A stretch of DNA of 64,000 nt from Rhizophagus irregularis (taxonomy: Eukaryota). The DNA lies in NCBI RefSeq assembly GCF_026210795.1, contig NC_089435.1:3100001-3164000 (forward strand), written 5' to 3'. Under the pieces are notes generated by a model that searched no databases, was not told the DNA's origin, and worked only from the letters and a program-made list of their open reading frames with translations. The position numbers and the translations under genes are program-made. Each line of letters begins with the position of its first letter. Within the stretch, counting starts at the first letter, position 1. Shown here one piece after another: positions 53,773 to 64,000 of this stretch.

Positions 53773-54826
53773 AATTATATTTACAATAATGTAACTATTT
53801 ATATTAATGATTTGACGTTTGAGTGTAGAATGAAATTCGAATTAATTAAGAAATTGTGAAAAATAATTATCAAAAGTATTTTCGATATTATGAAAATACT
53901 ACAAATATTATTGTTAATTAATTATAAATTTTATAATTATTTCTTATTATTATTTTATATTACGTCAATCTTAAACTTATAACCAACTTAGGAAAAATAT
54001 TCGAAGTTTCGAACAATTAAATGTATTAGAATCTGTTATTTCATTTCATTTATTATTATTCTTTTGATATTCATTTTAAACCATTTGAATTAAAATTTTT
54101 ATTCAAAAATCTGGTGATTATTTAAAAAATTTCGGATATGGATTTGATTATAATAATCTATTATTAAATCAACAATTTCTTCAATTAACTAATTATAAAA
54201 TATTTTTTTTGATATTTATGAATTTAAAAATCAAACTATTTATCCAGCGTTCAATTTAATTGAAAAAACCTTAATTATCTTTCTATCAATGTTGGTTAAT
54301 TTCCTATATGTTACTTGATTTTTTTTTAAAAAATAATAATTTTTGTAAATATATTTATATTTCTTTATTTAATAATAAAACAAAATAAAAAAAAATTGGG
54401 GAAATGAAAAAGAATAAAAAAAGAAATCGGTTTAAAAAAGGGAGAAAAAAAGGAACCTGAAAAAAAATAAGTACCGAAAAAATTCTGAAAAAAAGGGACA
54501 ATAATTCGGTCCAAAAAGAGTGAAAAAAAAAAACTAAAAAAAATAACAATACGGTAATATAAAAAAAATCGGTCTTTAAAAGACCGAAACAATAGGATTA
54601 GATAATAATAAAATAATTTTCTGTTTGTAGCTACGGCGGGCCATATAAGTATTACATATACATTCTGGTTATGCAAAATTTGTTTGTCATATATACAATG
54701 ATGCAATGCTTGTACTTGTGATCAACGCCTTTGCACATAATGTATTTTGCATAAATATTATTAAAAAAAAAAGAAAAAAAAATATTTACTTTGTCTTTTT
54801 CAATTAGGGAGAATTTTGATATAGCA

Positions 54827-57800
54827 ATGGACCAATGTATTGGTAAAGGTAAAGCATATAACATGAATAATAATATAAATTAGAATTATTCAAAATTATT
54901 AAAACAAACTTGCAATATAATAAAACTAGTTTTGTGTGATACCAAAGAACCCAAAGGTAAATATAATATACAAAACAAAATTGAAATATTAAGATTTTTA
55001 TTTATTAAAAAAACTTAATTATAAATAATCAAATATATTAAACCAAATTTGCAATATAATAAAACTAGTTTCCAGTAATATTGAAGAATTTGAAGAAAGT
55101 GGCACTGAAGAATTTGAAAGAAGTAGCATTGAGAAATTTGAAGAAAGTGGCACTGGAGAATCTAAAGGTATATCAAACAAGCTAAAATATTAAATTTTTA
55201 TTTATAAACAATTCAAATACTATCTAGGCTAACTATTTTATATAAAAATTATATTAAATATTTAGCTTGTAAGTTAATATAATGAATTACTCATTATTTT
55301 TATTGTATTCCATATAACTAAATAATTTATTTAATGATTAATAATACTGTAGTTGGTAAGTAATTGTTATCGGTCATGTTGTAGATGATAACTGATTTAC
55401 CACTAGGATTGCTATGTATATCATATGACCGAAGGCCGCATGATAGAGTAGCATCCTAGTGTAAATCAGTTATCATAAACATGACTGATAATAAAGTTAT
55501 TGGATATGTATGACGTAAAGCAACTGAGACCTTTTTCGCGTATCTTATTTATTATTTTATAATAATGTGATCAAAATTTTGTATATCACTAATTATAAAG
55601 TGACCAAAATTTGTGTATCACTATTATAAAGTGATCAATAACATACGTGAAAAATGTCCAGTGCTTACATAGAACATATACAATAAGTTATCAGTTATTT
55701 AAACCTTTAGTCCTTTACTACTTTATTTATTCTAACATAACATTCAAATAACTAAATTCTTTGTTTAAATAACTATTTAATTATTAATTATATTACAGAT
55801 AGTAAGTTACAATATATATATTATATTTATTTGTTTAATATTTTATATAATTCAACTAATTATATTCTTAATTTAAATAACTAGATTGTAAGTAATATAT
55901 ATAATATACAGTAAATACTTTTATATTATCTTTATATTTAACTAATTAATAATTAATAATACTACAGGGTGTAAGTTATATGATGTCTATATTGATATTA
56001 TTTATATAATTTAACAAATTTCTTTATTTAAAAATTATTAAATAATATAGGGTGTAAGTTATTTATTTAATTCTATTATTACTTATTGTTATAATATTTA
56101 CATATAATTTAGACTAACTAATTTCTTTATTTAAAAAATTATTAAATAATATAGTTCGTAAGTTTTTTATTATTACTTATTGTTATAATATTTACATATA
56201 ATTTAAACTAACTAATTTCTTTATTAGTTCGTAAGTTAATTTATTTAATTCTATTATTACTTATTGTTATAATATTTACATATAATTTATACTAACTAAT
56301 TTCTTTATTTAAAAAATTATTAAATAATATAGTTCGTAAGTTATTTATTTAATTCTATCATTACTTATTGTTATAATATTTACATATAATTTAGACTAAC
56401 TAATTTCTTAAAAAATTATTAAATAATATAGCTCGTAAGTTATTTATTTAATTTTATTATTACATATTGTTATAATATTTACATATGATTTAAAGTTTTC
56501 AACTAACTAATTTCTTTATTTAAAAAATTATTAAATAATATAGCTCGTAAGTTATTTATTTAATTCTATTATTACTTATTGATATAATATTTACATATAA
56601 TTTAAACTAACTAATTTCTTTATTTAAAAATTATTAAATAATATAGAGAGTAAGTTATTTATTTAATTCTATTATTCTTATTGTTATAATATTTACATAT
56701 AATTTAAACTATCTAATTTCTTTATTAGTTCGTAAGTTATTTATTTAATTCTATTATTACTTATTGTTATAATATTTACATAATTTAAACTAACTAATTT
56801 CTTTATTTAAAAAATTATTAAATAATGTAGGGCGTAAGTTATTTATTTAATTTTATTATTACTTATTGTTATAGTATTTACATATAATTTAAACTAACTA
56901 ATTTCTTTATTTAAAAAATTATTAAATAATATAGTTCGTAAGTTATTTATTTAATTCTATTATTACTTATTGTTATAATATTTACATATAATTTAAACTA
57001 ACTAATTTCTTTATTTAAAAAATTATTAAATAATATAGAGAGTAAGTTATTTATTTAATTCTATATTCTATTATTACTTATTGTTATAATATTTACATAT
57101 AATTTAAACTATCTAATTTCTTTATTTAAAAAATTATTAAATAATATAGTTCGTAAGTTAATTTATTTAATTCTATTATTACTTATTGTTATAATATTTA
57201 CATATAATTTAAACTAACTAATTTCTTTATTTAAAAAATTATTAAATAATATAGCTCGTAAGTTATTTATTTAATTTTATTATTACTTATTGATATAATA
57301 TTTACATATAATTTAAACTAACTAATTTCTTTATTTAAAAAATTATTAAATAATATAGTTCGTAAGTTATTTATTTAATTCTATTATTACTTATTGTTAT
57401 AATATTTACATATAATTTAAACTAACTAATTTCTTTATTTAAAAAATTATTAAATAATATAGAGAGTAAGTTATTTATTTAATTCTATATTCTATTATTA
57501 CTTATTGTTATAATATTTACATATAATTTAAACTATCTAATTTCTTTATTTAAAAAATTATTAAATAATATAGTTCGTAAGTTAATTTATTTAATTCTAT
57601 TATTACTTATTGTTATAATATTTACATATAATTTAAACTAACTAATTTCTTTATTTAAAAAATTATTAAATAATATAGCTCGTAAGTTATTTATTTAATT
57701 TTATTATTACTTATTGATATAATATTTACATATAATTTAAACTAACTAATTTCTTTATTTAAAAAATTATTAAATAATATAGTTCGTAAGTTATTTATTT

Positions 57801-60800
57801 AATTCTATTATTACATATTGTTATAATATTTACATATAATTTAAACTAACTAATCTCTTTATATTTAAAAACATTATTTAATAATATAGCTCGTAAGTTA
57901 TTTATTTAATACTATTATTACTTATTGTTATAATATTTACATATGATTTAAACTAACTAATTTCTTTATTTAAAAAATTATTAAATAATATAGTTCGTAA
58001 GTTATTTATTTAATTCTATTATTACTTATTGTTATAATATTTACATATAATTTAAACTAACTAATTTCTTTATCTAAAAAATTATTAAATGATATAGTTC
58101 GTAAGTTATTTATTTAATTCTATTATCACTTATTGTTATAATATTTACATATAATTTAAACTAACTAATTTCTTTATTTAAAAAATTATTTTGTAATTAT
58201 TTTAGTTGGTAAGTCATAAGTTATTTATTTAATTCTATTATTACTTATTGTTATAATATTTACGTATAGTTTAAACTAACTAATTTCTTTATTTAATAAA
58301 TTATTTAATAATATAGAGAGTAAGTTATTTATTTAATTTTATTATTACTTATTGTTATAATATTTACATATAATTTAAACTAACTAATTTCTTTATTTAA
58401 AAAATTATTTTGTAATTATTTTAGTTGGTAAGTCATAAGTTATTTATTTAATTCTATTATTACTTATTGTTATAATATTTACATATAATTTAAACTAACT
58501 AATTTCTTTATTTAAAAAATTATTAAATAATATAGAGAGTAAGTTATTTATTTAATTCTATTATTACTTATTGATATAATATTTACATATAATTTAAACT
58601 ATCTAATTTCTTTATTTAAAAAATTATTAAATAATATAGAGAGTAAGTTATTTATTTAATTCTATTATTCTTATTGTTATAATATTTACATATAATTTAA
58701 ACTAATTAATTTCTTTATTTAAAAATTATCAAATAATATAGAGAGTAAGTTATTTATTTAATTCTATTATTACTTATTGTTATAATAATTACATATAATT
58801 TAAACTAACTAATTTCTTTATTTAAAAAATTATTAAATAATATAGAGAGTAAGTTATTTATTTAATTCTATTATTACTTATTATTATATTATTTACATAT
58901 AATGTAACTAACTAATTTCTTTATTTAAAAATTATCAAATAATATAGAGTGTAAGTTATTTATTTAATTCTATTATTACTTATTGTTATAAACTAACTAA
59001 TTTCTTTATTTAAAAAATTATTAAATAATATAGGGCGTAAGTTATTTATTTAATTTTATTATTACTTATTGTTATAATATTTACATATAATTTAAACTAA
59101 CTAATTTTTTTATTTAAAAAATTATTAAATAATATAGGGCGTAAGTTATTTATTTAATTTTATTATTACTTATTGTTATAGTATTTACATATAATTTAAA
59201 TTAACTAATTTCTTTATTTAAAAAATTATCAAATAATAGAGTGTAAGTTATTTATTTAATTCTATTATTACTTATTGTTATAAACTAACTAATTTCTTTA
59301 TTTAAAAAATTATTAAATAATATAGGGCGTAAGTTATTTATTTAATTTTATTATTACTTATTGTTATAGTATTTACATATGATTTAAATTAACTAATTTC
59401 TTTATTTAAAAAATTATTAAATAATATAGAGAGTAAGTTATTTATTTAATTCTATTATTACTTATTGTTATAATATTTACATATAATTTAAACTAACTAA
59501 TTTCTTTATTTAAAAAATTATTTTGTAATTATTTTAGTTGGTAAGTCATAAGTTATTTATTTAATTCTATTATTACTTATTATTATATTATTTACATATA
59601 ATGTAACTAACTAATTTCTTTATTTAAAAAATTATTTATGATCTAGCTTGTAAGTGTCTCTATTGTTATATATTTTATATAATATTTATTGGTTAACTGA
59701 ATTCTTTTATTTGAAAAATATCTGTTACTTTAGTCGGTAAGTTGTAAGTCATAGGTTATTATATGTATTTATCTAAAAATTAAGACTTATATTTCATTAA
59801 ATCCCTATTTAAATTTTAGAGTAAGTAATAATTTATTTTGTATAAATTATAATATAATCTACAATATAATTTTAACTATTTAAATTTATAGATTTGGGAA
59901 AAGTGGAAATACAATTATAGATGATTTTGTTCTTAAAAAACGATTAAAATGGATTCCTTATAACAAATTTAAAAATGTTGAATATCTTAATGAAGGAGGA
60001 TTTGGTACTATATACAAAGCTAATTGGTCAAATGGAGTTGGAGAAGTAATACTTAAATGTCACAAGAATTTAAATGAAAATTTAAATGAATTTTTGAAAG
60101 AAGTATGATAGTATATTATTTTCTATTTTTAATTTAAATTAAAATTTATTTATAATAATAAATTATTATTATTATTTTATAGTGGGAATATCATACAAGT
60201 GTTTTAAGTTCAATCAATATTATAGATATTTATGGATTCACAAAAGATCCAAATACATCGAAATATATGGTAGTAATGGATTATGCAAATAAAGGTAATT
60301 TAAGAGAAAATTTAACAAGTATAGTCAAAAATAATTGGAATCAAAAATTATATATGTTGTACGAAATTATTTCTGGACTTAGTAAGATACATGAAAAAAA
60401 TCTTATTCATTGTGATTTTCATGATGGTAATATTTTAAATCATAGTAATAAGGATAAGGATAAAATTTATATTAGTGATTTAGGATTATGCCAACCTATA
60501 AAATCATTTTTGGAAAAATATGATATTTATGGTGTTATATCATTTATGGCTCCTGAAGTTTTAAGAGGCAAATCTTATACTCCAGCTAGTGATATATATA
60601 GTTTTTCTATGATTATGTGGGAACTTACATCTGGGGTACCACCATTTAATAATAGAGCACATGATATTCAACTTAGTTTGAGTATTTGTAAAGGTGAACG
60701 TCCTGAAATTATTGAAAATACTCCACAATGTTATGTAGATTTAATGAAAGAATGTTGGAATGAAGATTCATCAAAAAGACCATCTTCTAAAGAAGTATTA

Positions 60801-61378
60801 GAAATTATTGAAAAATGGATTTTCCGTCCTGATGATGATGAAATTAATGAAGAATTAGAAAGCAACATTATGGAATTTATAAATGCACCAATTGGGCATA
60901 ACAATCTTGCTACTAAATCTCATCCTAAAGCATGTTTTACAAGTCGCTTACTTGATTTTACTAGTAAAAAATTGAATGAAATTCTTGAAAATGAAAATAC
61001 ACAAGCATCTCATGCAAGTCATTCAGATTTGAATGATTGTGTAATTAGAGGAGATTTGATGTCATTAGGTATATACTATAATATATAAAAAATTAATCTT
61101 GCAAATTATTTATATGAAATTAATTAATTTATTTAATTATTCAGATGAGAATACTAGTAAAAAGTTGAATGAAATTCCTGAAAGTGAAAATTCACAAGCT
61201 AGTGTAAAAGCAAATGAAATGCTAGTAAGTGAAGATTTGAATGATTATATAATTAAGGGTCTGGGGTCATTAGGTATGTACTATGATATATAAAAGAATT
61301 AATCTTGTAAATTATTTATGTGAAATTAATTTTATTTAATATTTAATTTATTTAGATATTAAAGCAAATGAAAATTAA
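54827..61378 (+). CDS. TKL-type protein kinase with a microexon array; exons 54827-54842, 54930-54956, 55069-55167, [42 x 3 nt], 59820 (1 nt), 59892-60102, 60183-61068, 61145-61273, 61356-61378
   Basis: MDQCI-VLCDTKEPK-VSSNIEEF..GESK-[array]-EFGKSGNTIIDDF..KWIPY..EGGFGTIYKA..ILK..HCDFHDGNIL..DLG..APE..ECW..RP; every junction is GT-AG and in frame. Confidence 0.85.
55266..59820 (+). other. Array of 42 putative 3-nt microexons plus one 1-nt exon
   Basis: Every unit reads yAG|NNN|GTAAGT; the homogenised unit carries a CTAAC/CTAAT branch site about 35 nt upstream of the AG. Confidence 0.85.
56010..59640 (+). repeat. ~104-bp tandem repeat (one intron + one 3-nt exon), about 35 homogenised copies
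   Basis: Consensus GTAAGTTATTTATTTAATTCTATTATTACTTATTGTTATAATATTTACATATAATTTAAACTAACTAATTTCTTTATTTAAAAAATTATTAAATAATATAG-NNN. Confidence 0.97.
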
Positions 61379-61814
61379 CTAATCATTGTTTGTTTTAAAA
61401 AAATTTATAGTTTTTTTAAATGATATTTGATATTACACATTCAAAAGAAATTGTTTTTTATTTTATTCTTTTTAAATTTATTTAACACTAAGGCTAGAGT
61501 AGCAAAATATTTTACAAGTTTCTTAGTTTGTAATTTAAATAATTCTTTTTTTTTAGCTTATGTATTTTTTTTATTATACTTAAATTTATTTAAACACTAA
61601 GACTAGAGTAGTAAATATTTTACAAGTTTCTTAGTTTGTAATTTAAATAAAATCTTTTTTTTTATAACTTTTCCAATTATGAAATATAAATTATCAAAAT
61701 AATAATATAAAACCATTTCTAATGATAATGTAAAATTTTTTATACTTATTCTAATAGCTTGATTGTACTTATTTATATTTGTTGACTTTTATTTTTAATA
61801 TTATTTAAATATTC

Positions 61815-62300
61815 ATTTGAATTAGCACTCATACATTTATAAGCTAATTTCTTATAAAATTCGGGAGTTCCTTACCCAAATTCTGGCTTAATCCCATTAC
61901 ATATGGCTAATGCTAAACTTAAAGGTGATTTTCCAGATGATAATTCAGCCACAGCAGATAATTTATATGGTTCACCGTTTAAGACTTCTGGTGCAATATA
62001 TAGCAATACTCCATACACTTTATCATCTAAGTTTTGTTCATTTGCTGGTCCATATAATCCAAAGTCTTCTGAAATGAGAGATAAAGCAGTAGTATGAATT
62101 TGTAGGATATTCCACTATGAAATCCCTACGGAAATATCCTGATAATATAACATATTCAAGAAATTATTTGAAGAATACTTCTCAAACCCTCAGTAAATTG
62201 TTTAGTCATCATAAATTCTTTAGCTTCTTAGTTACCATAAAGCTTTAATCCTCCAAACTTAGATACTTCCCAATGTATTTTAAGTTATATCTACAATGAA
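61815..62300 (-). pseudogene. Degenerate TKL kinase pseudogene
   Basis: Minus strand RDFHSGNILQ, DFGLYGPANEQ..VYGVLLYIAPEVLNGEPY, AELSSGK, LALAICNG.KPEF, KCMSAN; stops and deletions. Confidence 0.85.
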
Positions 62301-62899
62301 TATTTTTAAATAAAAATAATTTTGATGGTTCTTAATATTAATAAAAATGTAATAAAAATGTAATAAATTAAGTTGTAAATACCAATAAAGTAAGGTAATT
62401 TACTTCATTTAAATATATTTCGGCTTCCATTGAATTATTTTTAAGAGATATTTTACTGGGAAAAATTTATTTTAGACGAAAAAATATAGACGAAATTTTT
62501 TTTTCGATCATTCAAGTGAGAGTCACTAAAAGGAATATTATCATTGATTTTTTTTTTTTGACCATATTTTTGATCTGTAATTCTGACATCATGACCATGA
62601 CTTAAGCATTCGCGAGAAATACAATTAAAATTAAATACTAAATCATAAAAAAAATTGTTGTGAATTAATATTTGATTATTATGATATTAATATTTATATT
62701 TAGTTAATACAATTATATGTATTAGCATTACACAACCGAAAATAGGTGGCAGTATATGAAATTATATAGACATAAAATAAATTGATTTTTATCAACCGCA
62801 GTATCAAAAAGATCACATGTTCCATTCACCAAATAGTAGAGTTGAAAAATTGTCAACGGATTTAAAAAAAATTTTTTTGTCTTTTAAATTTTATTAGAA

Positions 62900-63710
62900 A
62901 ATGTTCGTGGAGAATTTTTTCTTTTTTTTTTATTAGATTTTTTATAAAATAAAATTTTGGTGTTTTTTTTAATATAGGTAAAGCTCTTCTTTGATGGCAA
63001 TTTCTTTGAGTAATTTTCTTTAATAGAAAAGAATTTTTTTTTTGATAAAATATTTCGTTCGAGAATTTTTTTTATTGATGAGGGAAATTTCCTTTAATAG
63101 AGGAGTTTTTTTTTATGGATAATTTTGTTAAAGAATTTTTAATAAGGAGATTTTTTTTGACAGATAATTTCTTTGGAATTTTTTTTTTAACAGGAGAGAT
63201 TTATTTTTTATAGAGAATTTCATTGAGAATTTTTTAATAGGGAAGAATTTTTTTTCTTGATAGATAATTTTTTTAGAAAATTATTTTAGCAGGGATATTT
63301 TTTTTTTGATAAAGACTTTCATTAAGAATTTTTTTAACAGGAGAGATTTATTTTTGATAGAGAATTTCATTGAGAATTTTTTAATAGGGAAGAATTTTTT
63401 TTCTTGATAGATAATTTTTTTAGAAAATTATTTTAGCAGGGATATTTTTTTTTTGATAAAGACTTTCATTAAGAATTTTTTTAACAGGAGAGATTTATTT
63501 TTGATAGAGAATTTCATTAAAGAATTTTTCTTTAATAGGGAGATAAATAATATTGCTGAGAATCTTTTTATAGAAATTACATTGTGGAATTTTTTTTTTA
63601 ATAGAAAAGAAATTATTTTTTTTGATAGTTCGTTAGTAAATTTTTTAACAGAGGGGATTTTTTTTTTGATAGAATTTCGGTAAAGAATCCTTTCTTAATA
63701 ATAGGGAAGG
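62900..63710 (+). repeat. Degenerate ~30-bp tandem repeats with a recent ~146-bp duplication (63183-63520)
   Basis: TTTTAACAGGAGAGATTTA...GACTTTCATTAAGAA repeated. Confidence 0.75.
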
Positions 63711-63747
63711 TTTTTGATGTAGTTGATGAAAATCTACACAGTATATA

Positions 63748-63928
63748 TGTTGTGCCTCAGATTGATTCTTGCCTCAGATTAAAACTCACGCTGCGTGAGA
63801 TCAACACCAGATCACGTGCATTACATATATGGTAATTTTACTATGTAGATCATCACGTGTATATACATAATTCGTCACATCCTATTGGTAGTTTTAATCT
63901 GAGGCAAGAATCAATCTGAGGCACAACA
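63748..63928. mobile_element. MITE with perfect 39-bp TIRs in a (TA)n site
   Basis: TGTTGTGCCTCAGATTGATTCTTGCCTCAGATTAAAACT at 63748-63786, inverted at 63890-63928. Confidence 0.9.
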
Positions 63929-64000
63929 TATATATATATATTTTTAATTAGTAACGATTTCTTTATTAATTAAAAATTTATATATAATATAGATTATATA

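Larger units (their letters stand above)
52044..54610 (-). mobile_element. 5'-truncated copy of the 23014-24160 Helitron, interrupted by a TIR element
   Basis: Minus strand AAACAAACTCATTGG..AAGCAACGGG..CTGCTAG matches 24116-24160; 53790-54610 matches blocks in 23280-24000. Confidence 0.8.

Noticed and set aside
56010..59640. Plain satellite, centromeric repeat or CRISPR-like array
   Set aside because: The variable part is exactly 3 nt bounded by AG and GTAAGT, the pattern persists in diverged flanking units, and the frame closes with the kinase exons.
61903..62097. Plus-strand 64-aa ORF
   Set aside because: Antisense shadow of the minus-strand kinase pseudogene.

Overview
Very AT-rich eukaryotic DNA with short GT-AG introns. 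The gene families present (tyrosine-kinase-like [TKL] kinases, BTB-BACK-TLDc genes, an AIG1 GTPase relic, a SAM-domain gene) suggest an arbuscular mycorrhizal fungus such as Rhizophagus; this is inference. Mobile elements include a full-length Gypsy LTR retrotransposon (3958-12103), a Tc1 element, Helitrons, several non-autonomous TIR elements/MITEs and non-LTR relics. Host genes include three BTB-TLDc paralogues, four kinase genes or relics, a SAM-SAM + DUF3990-like gene and a secreted Cys-rich protein gene. Main observation: the apparent AT-rich satellite at about 55.3-59.9 kb lies inside a kinase gene (54827-61378). It reads as 42 consecutive 3-nt microexons (yAG|NNN|GTAAGT, with a CTAAC-type branch point in the repeat unit), followed by a 1-nt exon that restores the kinase frame. 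The microexons are in phase 1, so each codon would be built from two exons. This makes it a candidate combinatorial-splicing diversity generator. All gene models were built by eye and have no transcript support.
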